Origin: Macrostomum hystrix
Taxonomy: Eukaryota; Animalia; Platyhelminthes
Length of the DNA: 64,000 nucleotides
Reading direction: 5' to 3'
Assembly (NCBI GenBank): GCA_950097015.1
Contig: CATNEN010000034.1
Location: 5,952,001 to 6,016,000, forward strand
In this document: positions 21,835 through 34,700 of the stretch, piece after piece
Layout: each line of letters starts with the position of its first letter
How positions within the stretch are numbered: the stretch's first letter is position 1
Position numbers and translations under genes: made by a program
The notes under the pieces: generated by a model
Seen by the model: only the letters and a program-made list of their open reading frames with translations
What the model was told of the DNA's origin: nothing
The model's database searches: none

Positions 21835-24750
21835 TGCCAACAAATCAAACACTTTCCCAACTACTCAAACACTTTCCCAACGACTCAAATACTTTCCCAA
21901 CGACTCAAACACTTTTCCAACGACTCAAACGCCTTCCCCAAAGATTCAACGCTTTTCCCAACGACTCAAACACTTTCCCAACTACTCAAACACTTTTCCC
22001 AACGACTCAAACACTTTTCCCAACTACTCAAACACTTTTCCCAACAAATCAAACAATTTCCCAACGACTCAAACACTTTCCCAACGACTCAAACACTTTC
22101 CCAACTACTCAAACACTTTCCCAACGACTCAAACACTTTTCCAACGACTCAAACGCCTTCCCCAAAGATTCAACGCTTTTCCCAACGACTCAAACACTTT
22201 CCCAACTACTCCAACACTTTCCCAACTACTCAAACACTTTTCCCAACTACTCAAACACTTTTCCCAACAAATCAAACAATTTCCCAACGACTCAAACACT
22301 TTCCCAACGACTCAAACACTTTCCCAACTACTCAAACACTTTCCCAACTACTCAAACACTTTTCCCAACAAATCAAACAATTTCCCAACTACTCAAACAC
22401 TTTTCCCAACGACTCAAACGCTTTCCCCAAAGATTCAACGTTCAACGCTTTTCCCAAAGATTTAACGCTTTTCCCAACGACTCAAATACTTTCCCAACGA
22501 CTGAAACACTTTCCCAACTACTCAAACACTTTCCCAACGACTCAAACGCCTTCCCCAAAGATTTAACGCTTTTCCCAACTACTCAAACACTTTCCCAACT
22601 ACTCAAACACTTTTCCCAACAAATCAAACAATTTCCCAACTACTCAAACACTTTTCCCAACGACTCAAACGCTTTCCCCAAAGATTCAACGTTCAACGCT
22701 TTTCCCAAAGATTTAACGCTTTTCCCAACGACTCAAATACTTTCCCAACGACTGAAACACTTTCCCAACTACTCAAACACTTTCCCAACGACTCAAACGC
22801 CTTCCCCAAAGATTTAACGCTTTTCCCAACTACTCAAACACTTTCCCAACTACTCAAACACTTTTCCCAACAAATCAAACAATTTCCCAACTACTCAAAC
22901 ACTTTTCCCAACGACTCAAACGCTTTCCCCAAAGATTCAACGTTCAACGCTTTTCCCAAAGATTTAACGCTTTTCCCAACGACTCAAATACTTTCCCAAC
23001 TACTCTAACACTTTCCCAACGACTCAAACACTTTCCCAACGACTCAAACGCCTTCCCCAAAGATTTAACGCTTTTCCCAACTACTCAAACACTTTCCCAA
23101 CTACTCAAACACTTTTCCCAACAAATCAAACAATTTCCCAACTACTCAAACACTTTTCCCAACAAATCAAACAATTTCCCAACTACTCAAACACTTTTCC
23201 CAACGACTCAAACGCTTTCCCCAAAGATTCAACGTTCAACGCTTTTCCCAAAGATTTAACGCTTTTCCCAACGACTCAAATACTTTCCCAACGACTGAAA
23301 CACTTTCCCAACTACTCAAAAACTTTCCTAACGACTCAAACACTTTCCCAACGACTCAAACGCCTTCCCCAAAGATTTAACGCTTTTCCAACGACTCAAA
23401 TACTTTCCCAACTACTCAAACACTTTTCCCAACGACTCAAACACTTTTCCCAACAAATCAAACAATTTCCCAACTACTCAAACACTTTTCCCAACAAATC
23501 AAACAATTTCCCAACTACTCAAACACTTTTCCCAACGACTCAAACGCTTTCCCCAAAGATTCAACGTTCAACGCTTTTCCCAAAGATTTAACGCTTTTCC
23601 CAACGACTCAAATACTTTCCCAACGACTGAAACACTTTCCCAACTACTCAAAAACTTTCCTAACGACTCAAACACTTTCCCAACGACTCAAACGCCTTCC
23701 CCAAAGATTTAACGCTTTTCCAACGACTCAAATACTTTCCCAACTACTCAAACACTTTTCCCAACGACTCAAACACTTTTCCCAACAAATCAAACAATTT
23801 CCCAACGACTCAAACACTTTCCCAACGACTCAAACACTTTCCCAACTACTCAAACACTTTCCCAAATACTCAAACACTTTCCCAACGACTCAAACACTTT
23901 TCCAACGACTCAAACGCCTTCCCCAAAGATTCAACGCTTTTCCCAACGACTCAAACACTTTCCCAACTACTCCAACACTTTCCCAACTACTCAAACACTT
24001 TTCCCAACTACTCAAACACTTTTCCCAACAAATCAAACACTTTTCCCAACAAATCAAACACTTTCCCAACGACTCAAACACTTTCCCAACTACTCAAACA
24101 CTTTCCCAACTACTCAAACACTTTCCCAACTACTCAAACACTTTTCCCAACAAATCAAACAATTTCCCAACTACTCAAACACTTTTCCCAACGACTCAAA
24201 CGCTTTCCCCAAAGATTCAACGTTCAACGCTTTTCCCAAAGATTTAACGCTTTTCCCAACGACTCAAATACTTTCCCAACTACTCTAACACTTTCCCAAC
24301 GACTCAAACACTTTCCCAACGACTCAAACGCCTTCCCCAAAGATTTAACGCTTTTCCCAACGACTCAAACACTTTCCCAACTACTCAAACGCTTTCCCCA
24401 ACAAATCAAACAATTTCCCAACTACTCAAACACTTTTCCCAACGACTCAAACGCTTTCCCCAAAGATTCAACGTTCAACGCTTTTCCCAAAGATTTAACG
24501 CTTTTCCCAACGACTCAAATACTTTCCCAACGACTGAAACACTTTCCCAACTACTCAAAAACTTTCCTAACGACTCAAACACTTTCCCAACGACTCAAAC
24601 GCCTTCCCCAAAGATTTAACGCTTTTCCAACGACTCAAATACTTTCCCAACTACTCAACCACTTTTCCCAACGACTCAAACACTTTTCCCAACGACTCAA
24701 ACACTTTTCCCAACGATTCACACACTTTCCCAACGGCTCAAACGCTTCTC
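21835..24750. repeat. About 2.9-kb satellite of 21-22 bp units (TTCCCAACGACTCAAACACT-type) with about 251-bp higher-order repeats
   Basis: The landmark AACGTTCAACG recurs at about 22437, 22688, 22939, 23231, 23563, 24219 and 24470. Confidence 0.95.
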
Positions 24751-24895
24751 CTACTGACTCATTCCTCCCATTTTTAGTAACCCTGAACCGCTTCTGTAGA
24801 GTCATTCATACCAGACTTTAGTCGCAGTAAATCTAGATGTTTATTATCTAGATTTGCAGTCAGTGGTGAGTACTGTTTCTGTCTCGATCTTACAG

Positions 24896-27099
24896 AGCGA
24901 CAGTCAGCAGCGTAGGCAGGCTCGCGTAGCTGTGGTCGGCGCCGGCCTTGTCGGTGCCTCAGTGGCTGTGCAGCTGCAGTCGGCCCTTGGTCCTAGCTCC
25001 GTGACACTGATAGGCGAGGCTTTCAACTCCGGCACAACCTCCTGGGTGGCTGCTGGCTCTTTCCGAGTTGAAAGCTTCGAAGAGATGTCGCCGGATAATC
25101 CGGACCGGGCCGAGCGCTGGTGCCGCGATTCGTTGCGCCACCTGAGCCGGCTGGCTTTCGGACCGGCTGGTCCGCGCAGCGGCGTGGCGCCTCTGCCGCT
25201 GCTGCAGGTGGCTCGGGAGGCACCGCGCCAACGCTACGCCTACGTTGATCTGGTGCCGGGCGGTTGGCGAGAATTGTCTCCAGATGAACTGGCGACGCAG
25301 TTTCCTGAGTGGCCGGGCGGCCTTGGCTACGGCATCGAGTGCGTCACCGTGCTAGCTGATTCGCGGCTTTACCTGCCCTGGCTGACCGACCAGTTCCTGG
25401 CTAACGGTGCGCACCATAAACTATTTCTATTGCAGAACTCTAGAGGCCCTTGGTTCGATTCGGACCTGCAATCTGCTGGCTCATAAATATTATATTAAAA
25501 GTGCAGGAGGGCTGCGGTTAATGGCACATCATGTGTTAACAGTAGACCCGTAGCCAACGAGGAGGCAATTCTACCCATTGCGCTGACTCCTGAGCACACA
25601 CTCATACGGATACTTTACGCAGGCGTTGTCATCGGCAGGCAGTGTACACCTCACTGTTTCTTGAAGCTTGGCCCTCGAGGGCGTAAATTGCGTGACAAGC
25701 CTCCAAGCCTACTCTCCGCGACTGCACCCCAATTTAATGTGGCCTTTCAATGTTGCGAGAGGCGAACGTGTTAGACTGCTCTGCTACTCATCCCCCCTAT
25801 CTTGACTTACTTGACTTATCTGCAGGGCGGTCCGATGGACAGCGGGGAGGCGGGGGGGCGCCCATTCCGCTAATCCCTGAAAGACCCGCAATCGGCCGAT
25901 GGCGCGGGGCCAGTCAGGGAGGTCCGTGGCCGGTCCTTCCTGCAGCTTGCTCTTCACTAGGGAAGAAAGATGCTCGTCTGGTAGCCCTCGGGAACCGGAC
26001 GAGCTGCGGGATGTTCTCGGTTCTGCAAACGTCGTCCATGGATGGGTTTGGTCCGAGGTGATTAAGCCTCTCTCTGGTGAAGAAAGGGCAGTGACAGACG
26101 AAGTGCAGGGCATCCTCGTTCTCAAGGTTGCAGAATGGGCACAGCTCACTCCGGAGGTCTCCTCTGAGGAAACAGTGTCTGGCGTAGCAGCCATGGCCCG
26201 TGAGGATCATGGTCAGGGCCCGGATGTCCTTCCGGGTCTGGTTTAGAAGGACCTTCCGGAGCCGAGTGGATGGCTGAGTGGATGACTGAGACTGCCGCTT
26301 TGGATTGGCGGCATTTTTTGGTGCTTCACCACCGGGTTAGATGGAGGATGGACGATGGATGGACGAAGATGGACGATAGATGACGGTGTTCGGAATTGAA
26401 ACCGGGGGGAGGGGCCCGGCGCAGAGCTAGCGCCTCCCTGCATCCCCCCCTATCAGCTGGATCGATTTTTCAAATTAAAATTACTATTTATTGATGAGGA
26501 TAAGTTCGCACCCGGTCTGACCCCGATCCCCAGGCGGCCGCATCGAGCATCGCCGAGTTGCCAGCCTGGAAGAAGCCGGTGCCGGTTTCGACCTCGTATT
26601 CAACTGCGCCGGACTGGCAGCCGGCCGTCTGGCCGGCGGCGACCCCGCCCTGTATCCCGTGCGAGGCCAGGTGGCCCGGGTTCGAGCCCCCTGGCTGAAG
26701 CGCGGCATCTACGGACCGGATTCGACCTACGCTTATCCGAGCGCCGCGCCAGGCGATTTGGCTACAGTCGGCGGAGTTAGACAAGCCGGTGACACCTGCC
26801 TGGACTCTAGACTGGCCGACGCTATGGATATTCGAACTCGCGCCGTCCGCCTGCTGCCCGGACTGGCTGCCTCTTTTGCCGATGCCGATGGCGTTGTTTC
26901 TTCCGCTTCGCCGCCGAAAGATCTTGTGGGCCTGCGACCGGCGCGACACGGCGGCATCCGGGTGGCCGCCGAAGGTCTCGCCGTCCACTGCTATGGACAC
27001 GGTGGGCACGGCGTCGCGCTCAGCTGGGGCACCGCCAAGGAGGCCGTCGAACTTGGCTTGGCCCGTCTCGGCTATGGTGTCAGCGGCGCCAGGCTATGA
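24896..27099 (+). CDS. DAO: D-amino-acid oxidase / D-aspartate oxidase family flavoprotein; join(<24896..25406,26534..27099), about 359 aa including an upstream Met; start codon not in this exon
   Basis: RVAVVGAGLVGAS (FAD-binding GxGxxG), TTSWVAAG, YLPWL, VFNCAGL, PVRGQ, GLRPAR, HCYGHGGHGVALSWGTA, and a C-terminal ARL peroxisomal PTS1. Phase-1 intron G|GTGCGC...CCCAG|GC. DAO versus DDO is not resolved. Confidence 0.9.
25802..26440 (-). mobile_element. 5'-truncated non-LTR retrotransposon (LINE) 3' end, antisense in the DAO intron
   Basis: Minus-strand peptide VLLNQTRKDIRALTMILTGHGCYARH...CPFCNLENEDALHFVCHCP resembles the C-terminal CCHC region of I-group/Loa/R1-type ORF2. An upstream CRQSK motif is frameshifted relative to it. 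Short tandem tail (GTAAGTCAA-like x2). Flanking direct repeat CATCCCCCC(C)TATC at 25789-25801 and 26441-26454. Confidence 0.8.
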
Positions 27100-27237
27100 A
27101 AATTTATTTCGCTACTGTCTGAGTAATACATTTTTTGTTCGTAAGCGCGTGGTAACGACTCAAAGTCGATTTTATATATCCCATTGATAACTTTGATAGC
27201 AAGCTTTTCAAGCTTACTCACGTAGGTAGGGTACTCG

Positions 27238-27400
27238 CACGCTTTAGTACTCGCGTATTTGAGTACTCGCGTACTTGAGTACCCGCATTCTTGAGTACCC
27301 GCATACTTGAGTACCCGCGTACTTGAGTACCCGCGTACTTACGTACTCACGTTCTTCATTAGTCGCCAATTTAAATGCTTCTGTCCCCAACAGCAGTTTA
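27238..27400. repeat. Dispersed 16-bp semi-palindromic unit element, copy 2
   Basis: GCTTTAGTACTCGCGTA...TCGCCAATTTAAATGCTTCTGTCCCCAACAGCAGTTTAG aligns with copy 1 at 20421-20552. Confidence 0.8.
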
Positions 27401-27908
27401 GCTTCTTTAATTGTTTAAAAATTGTTTTAAAAAGTTTGTTATTTTCGTTTTAAAATCATCATTCTTCGATCACTTCCCTTTTAAGCCATTAGGGTTTGTA
27501 ATTTGTCATTAATTGATACCATTAGGACAAAATGGTTTGTCTTTTTGTCCTTTTTTGCTATTTTTCTATAATGCTCTATTTTGGATTCGATTCTAGTGTA
27601 ATAGTTCTTATATAATAGAGATCACAAATAATTTTATAATTATCATCTTGTTATCCATCGAAATTCTACATTTGTCTCACTGCAGATTTCTACACATAAT
27701 TCAATTTTTACTATTTTTTTCATGCTTTTTTTACTAACAGACCCTGTCAGTAATCTTTTTTCTTTTGGTGATTTTTAGTTTTTTTTCGCCATGAACCATT
27801 AATACGATCTTTCCTTTGTTAAGCAGATTATTCACCTGAACGAATTGCTTGCAAACTAAGCTCTGCTTTTGATTTCTCTTTTTAAACAAACGTAGGGAAC
27901 AGGAAAAA

Positions 27909-28492
27909 TGAGAGTGATTACAGGGTGTGATAAACAGGCCATGAGAGTGATTACAGGGTGTGATAAACAGGCCATGAGAGTGATTACAGGGTGTGATAAA
28001 CAGGCCATGAGAGTGATTACAGGGTGTGATAAACAGGCCATGAGAGTGATTACAGGGTGTGATAAACAGGCAGTATGAATGATTACAGGGTGTGATAAAC
28101 AGGCAGTATGAATGATTACAGGGTGTGATAAACAGGCAGTATGAATGATTACAGGGTGTGATAAACAGGCCATGAGAGTGATTACAGGGTGTGATAAACA
28201 GGCCATGAGAGTGATTACAGGGTGTGATAAACAGGCAGTATGAATGATTACAGGGTGTGATAAACAGGCAGTATGAATGATTACAGGGTGTGATAAACAG
28301 GCCATGAGAGTGATTACAGGGTGTGATAAACAGGCCATGAGAGTGATTACAGGGTGTGATAAACAGGCCATGAGTGTGATTACAGGGTGTGATAAACAGG
28401 CCACGATAATGATTACAGGGTGTGATAAACAGGCCATGAGAGTGATTTAAGGGTGTGATAAACAAGCATTGAATTTCAGTGTGTGATAAACA
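27909..28492. repeat. 33-bp tandem repeat (ATGAGAGTGATTACAGGGTGTGATAAACAGGCC)n with two alternating variants
   Basis: Directly visible; 11-aa periodic translation FITPCNHSHGL. Confidence 0.97.
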
Positions 28493-28762
28493 GGCTTGGC
28501 CCGGATGTCAGCATCAGCTGGGGTAGATCCAAAATTGAGTTAGTGCTGCGGCCTCCTTGGTCCACGGACTGAACAGTTGTACGCAGCCTTTGGCCGTTCG
28601 TATGTCATTTCAATCCTCTAAACTATTGTATATTCGCTATGTTTCAGCTGGGCAGCCAGCCATAGTAGGTCCCTTAAGCGGCATGGGCTGACTTTAAACC
28701 ATACGGCATTAAAGACAAAAAACTCAGACAATTACCGAAGTTGAAGCCGACAGAACCCAATA

Positions 28763-31700
28763 ATGGACAGCAACCTGATGGGCCGTGAGTTTCATTGTCG
28801 CGAATGGGTATTCGACAAGCTATTAGGCTATCTGAACGCAGGCCAGACACCGGCGCATCCGGGCGTGGTACTGCTAGGCGAGAGCGGCTGCGGTAAGACC
28901 GCCCTCCTGTCCGAATTGGTCTGGCCAACCAGGCGAGCAACCGACGCTCGGCACCGACTGCGCAGTCACGTGCTGGCTTATTACTTCTGCTCTCAGCTGT
29001 ACAGCCACACAATGCGCCTGAGCCATTTCCTGTTCTCTCTGCGTCAGCAGATTGTCAAGCACCCGGATGTCGGGCCGGCCTACGAGCAGCTGCTCCGTCG
29101 AAGCGGCGGAGTTGAACTATTCACCTATCGACGCATGATCGACTCGCCAGATCTGGTTTTCTCCGAAGGCCTTCTAAAGCCGCTGTTGGCTCTGCCTCCG
29201 CCGGAGCGGCACTACCTGCTGCTGGTTGACGGCCTGGACGAGACCAGGACGCCGGAGGAGGCGTCGGCTGCTGCTGCGGCCGCCGCGGCTGCGCCGTCCA
29301 GGAGAAAGCAGCTTCAACGAAGCGGCGCCGGCGCCTCAGCTGAGGCGGAGGCTCCGCCGAGCGGCTGCGTCTTCGACCTGCTGGCCAGGCATCAGCGCAG
29401 CCTGCCGGCCTGGCTGGTGCTCGTCTGCGCCTGCCGACGGGACGATCGTCGGCTCAGCCGTGCCTTCGCCGGCTTCTCCAAGCTGCAACTGACTGACACC
29501 AGGAAGCCGCAGGTTCGGCTCTGTGATCTGTGATATGGGATTTAGGATTCTGATTTCAGCTGTGGTATAAGAGACTCGGGATTCGGGAGATTCGGGATAA
29601 GAGACTAGGATTCGAGGTTTTGTAAATGGGATTCGAGTTTTGAAAATGGGATTCGAGTTTTTGTATATGGGATTCGAGTTTTTGGATATGGGATTCGAGT
29701 TTTTGGATATGGGATTCGAGTTTTTGGATATGGGATTCGAGTTTTTGGATATGGGTTTCGAGTTTTTGTATATGGGATTCGAGTTTTTGTAAATGGGATT
29801 CGAGTCTTTGTATATGGGATTCGAGTTCTGAAAATGGGATTTGAGTTTTTATAAATGGGATTCAAGTTTTTGTAAATGGTATTCGAGTCTTTGTATATGA
29901 GAGTCGAGTTTTTGTATATGAGAGTCGAGTTTTTGTATGGGTTTTGTGTTTTATAAATGATAGTCGAGTTTTTAGTTTTTTAATTGGAGGTTTGAGTTGT
30001 GGAGTTTAAGGTTTTCAATTAATATTCGAGATTCTGTGCAGGTTTGCGAAACAATGTATTTAAGATTCGTGACTGTCTGGGATTAAGATTTTATCTTAGT
30101 GTTTAATAAAATAATATTACAGGTTTTCTGTGTAATTATGAATCCATAATTTAAGTTGGAATTAAATTTCGCTTATTTTCACCTTCAGGTCCTCCGCGAT
30201 GTTCAACAATTCATTCTATGGCGCCTAGACTCCAACGAGCGCCTCAGGCAGCACCTGAACCGCGAGACAGCCAGCCTACTGAACCAGCTGCACATCAAAG
30301 GCAACGCCTGCTTCGCCTACCTGGAACTGGTCCTGGACGCTGTTGCCCAGGGCACAGTCCAACTGTCCGAGGTGGCCCAGATGCCAGGCACATTAGCCGG
30401 CGTATTCTTCTACCTGTTCCAGCGCCTGTTCTCCACAGATGCCGAACTGTGGCAATTGGCCAGGTGTCTCCTAGCTCTTCTATTGGCTCTAGGCGAGCCG
30501 GCTCCAATCCGCCTAGCCTATCAGACTGCAAGCGTACAGAATCCCGGCCTCACATTTGGCCGATTTGCTAACCAAGTTGCCAGATTGAGACTGCTTCTGC
30601 GGGCCACTCCCGATCGGTGCCTGGTGCTGGCTCACAATGCCCTGGCAGACTGGCTGCAGGATGCGAAATACTGCACCCCGGCTTATCTGGTCAGCCAGCG
30701 GCTTGGCCACTGCCTGCTGACAGTGCACTGTCTATGCTACTGGCGCCAGGCCCCAGCCGCTTCGGCCGAGCGGGCCGCCATGCTTCGCGACTTTTCTCGC
30801 TCCTTATTAGCCACAGGCTGCGGCCTGCAGCCTGAGCACCTGCTGCTGCTGACTCTGCTGCTGCTGCGCCGCTGGGCCTGCGGTCCCAGGCTGCTGCTGC
30901 GAATGCGCGAACCGCCAGAGCTGCGACTCATGGCCATCGCCCTGCTCAACTGGGATGAAGCTGTTGAACAGGAGGCTGCCACTTTGGCTGCTGAAACTGC
31001 CGCTGCTGCTGCTGCCGCTTCTGCCACGTCAGGCCGCGACAATCTGGCCGACCCAGATTCGGAGAGTTCAGCAGCTTCTCCTGGCGCTGACGGAGGCGGA
31101 GGCGGCGGAGGCGGCGGTTCGTCCACCACGCCCCTGATGTCGGCGGCCTACATTGGCGACTTGGCCACCATCGATCGCATACTTGCAGGGCCCAATGCTC
31201 AGGTTAGACTTAAATCCTGTCCTTTCTTATTCTCTTCTTCTTTGTTTATACTTTTGCTTTTCTGGTTTTGTTTTTTTCTGTTTCCGTTTGTAGTTTTTTT
31301 TTACACTTTTTATCCACGCTCGTTAATAATCATTCCCTATTCTTCCCCTTCACTTTTCTGTCCCTTTCCTATTTCTCCCCATCCCTTCTCGCCCCTTCCC
31401 GTTTTCTTCCCCTTGCTTTTTTCTGCCACTTCCCTGTTCTCCTCTTCCCAATTTTTCCCTTCCCTATTCCCTATTTTTCTGCCCCTTCCCATTTTCTTTC
31501 CTTGAATATCTAACCGAATTTCGCTTGATCTGCTGCTGCCCAGTACCCCGTCCCGCTCCCCAGTCCATGGACAAAATATCCGTACGCAGTCTATGTATCT
31601 GGCTATATAACTCGGATTATAAACCTCAAGCATCCCCGATTAACTTCCCGTCCAGCTGAATAGGCGGGACTCCGGCGGTTACTCCGCTCTGGACTGGGCC

Positions 31701-34700
31701 CTCCTGGGCGGCCGGGCCGACGCTGTCACCCTGCTGCTGTCGCACGGCGCCAAGCCGGACGGCCCAGCCGGCTTCTGGGTGGCCCTGCCGCTGGCACTGG
31801 CTCTGGGCCGAGCCGACTTGGCCACCCTGCTACTGAGCGCCGGTGCCGATCTAGATCGGGTCGATTCGGATGGCCGGACCGCCCTGATGCTAGCCACTGC
31901 CCGCGGCCAATCTGATTTAATCGGCCTACTATTGGACACCGGCGCGTTAGTTGACGCTCGCGACAATGGCGGACGGTCGGCCCTGCTCCTGGCTGTACTG
32001 TGCCTTCACGAACCGGTTGGAATAGTTCAACGCCTGCTAGATGCGGGGGCGGACATCAATCTGGCTGACGCCGACGGTCGGACTGCCCTCATACACGCCT
32101 GTCGGGCTAAGCGACTGGATCTCATCGAATTCCTGTTGGACGCTGACGCCGATGTTGACAGGTGAGTGACGTGTCTGACGTGTCGTCCGTTTTCTATCTG
32201 TACTTTTGTCCAATTCCCATCCGCACTTTTGTCCGATTTCCATCAGTACTTTTGACCGATTTCAATCTGTACTTTTGACCGATTTCCATCCGCCATCCGC
32301 AGATGCGATCGAGACGGCATCAGTGCCCTGCTGGTTTCGTCCCGACTCGGCGACCTCAGAGCCGTGCAGGCTCTGCTGTTCTTTAACGCCAATCCGCATC
32401 AGCTGGACAGGCACGGCCGCTCCGCCCTGTCTCTGGCGGCCGTCTCCGGCCAGGCCGCTGTAGTTGAAGCCCTGCTTGCCAGAGGCCTAGACGAGGGTCA
32501 CGCTGATAATGCCGGGCTCACTGTGCTGCACCACGCTGCGAGCGCCGGGCATACCGACGTCTGCCGACTGCTGCTGGGTGCGGTTGGAGTTGGACTGGGT
32601 TGATGGATTGGAATGGGTTGGAATGGGTTGATGGATTGGAATGGGTTGGAATGGGTTGATGGATTGGAATGGGTTGGAATGGGTTGATGGATTTGAATGG
32701 ATTGGAATGGGTTGATGGATTGGAATGGGTTGATGGATTGAAATGGGTTGATGGATTGGAATGGGTTGATGGATTGGAATGGGTTGATGGATTGAAATGG
32801 ATTAGACTGGGTTGATGGATTGGACTAGGTAGGACTTGACTCAATCGGTATTATCTCAGAAATACTTTTTATCTCATAGTCACATTGCAGACCGCTGTTA
32901 CATGTTGGCGGGCCGCTAATTGTATATTCTAATTACTCGCATCGCTACTGCAGGCAATGGCGCAGCCACCAGGTCCCAGGACTCAGTAGGCCGGACTCCC
33001 CTCCTGCTGGCTGTGCTAGCCGGCCAGGCGGACGCCGCTGCCCTTCTGGCCGAAGCCGATCCACTGGCCGCCGGCATACCCGGACACGACGAAGACGGTA
33101 TAACTCCACTGCTGGCCGCCTTTCAGTTGGGCCGTCCAGACCTTCTGGAGCTCCTGCTGGCTCGCGGCGCCGATCCAAACATGACGGACAGGGCTGGCCG
33201 GTCACTGCTGTACTTGGCCGCTGCCGCCTCCGAGACCAGCTGCAAGTTGGCCAGCCTCCTGCTCGACTGCGGCGCCTCGCCTAACCTGGCCGACGAGCAG
33301 GGCCGCGCCCCGCTGCACGTTGCCGCCTGGCTGGGCCGCGCCGAGGCGGCCGCCCTTCTGATTAACCGCGGAGCCGATGTCAACGCCAAAGATGCCGACG
33401 GTGGCACTGCGTTGAGCGCCGCTGCATGGCAGGGACAGGTGAGAATCGCGAGCGGAGTGATGATGACAGGTGAACTACAATGCTGTAAAGTGATTGACAG
33501 GTGAATTGCAGCTTCTACGGAGTGATTGACAGGTGAATTGCAGCTTCTACGGAGTGATTGACAGGTGAATTGCAGCTGCTATGGAGTGATTGACAGGTGA
33601 ATTGCAGCTGCTATGGAGTGATTGACAGGTGAATTGCAGCTGCTATGGAGTGATTGACAGGTAAATTGCAGCTTCTACGGAGTGATTGACAGGTGAATTG
33701 CAGCTGCTATGGAGTGATTGACAGGTGAATTGCAGCTTCTACGGAGTGATTGACAGGTGAATTGCAGCTTCTACGGAGTGATTGACAGGTGAATTGCAGC
33801 TTCTATGGAGTGATTGACAGGTGAATTGCAGCTGCTATGGAGTGACTGACAGGTGAATTGCAGCTGCTATGGAGTGATTGACAGGTGAATTGCAGCTGCT
33901 ATGGAGTGATTGACAGGTGAATTGCAGCTGCTATGGAGTGATTGACAGGTAAATTGCAGCTTCTACGGAGTGATTGACAGGTGAATTGCAGCTGCTATGG
34001 AGTGATTGACAGGTGAATTGCAGCTTCTACGGAGTGATTGACAGGTGAATTGCAGCTTCTACGGAGTGATTGACAGGTGAATTGCAGCTTCTATGGAGTG
34101 ATTGACAGGTGAATTGCAGCTGCTATGGAGTGATTGACAGGTGAATTGCAGCTGCTATGGAGTGACTGACAGGTGAATTGCAGCTGCTATGGAGTGATTG
34201 ACAGGTAAATTGCAGCTGCTATGGAGTGATTGACAGGTGAATTGCAGCTGCTATGGAGTGATTGACAGGTGAATTGCAGCTGCTATGGAGTGATTGACAG
34301 GTGAATTGCAGCTGCTATGGAGTGATTGACAGGTGAATTCAGCTGTTATTGAGTGATTGACAGGTGAATTGCAGCTGCTATGGAGTGATTGACAGGTGAA
34401 TTGCAGCTGCTATGGAGTGACTGACAGGTGAGTTGCAGCTGCTATGGAGTGATTGATAGGTGAATTGCAGCTGCTGTGGAGTGACTGACAGGTGAATTGC
34501 AGCTGCTGTGGAGTGACTGACAGTTGAATTGCAGCTGCTATGGAGTGATTGACAGGTGAATTACAGCTGCTGTGGAGTGACTGATGACAAGTGACTTACT
34601 GCAGATAGCTTGTTGCGATTGAATGGCAGTAATCCCTAATTGGATTTGGCTGCAGGCGCACCTGTGCCAGCTACTGCTAGCCAGCGGCGCCGATGTGGAC

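Noticed and set aside
21666-22817. 383-aa and 255-aa ORFs (FPTTQTL repeats)
   Set aside because: Run directly through the satellite with a TTG start; no homology signal.
24866-24895. 30-nt GTGAGT...CAG mini-intron upstream of the DAO exon
   Set aside because: Very short, and the upstream segment still provides no in-frame ATG (ATG at 24837 is out of frame and followed by a stop).
27909-28492. Regular 30-33 bp repeats resembling CRISPR (also 33435-34590 and 41855-42430)
   Set aside because: Units are contiguous with no unique spacers, there are no cas genes, and the context is eukaryotic.
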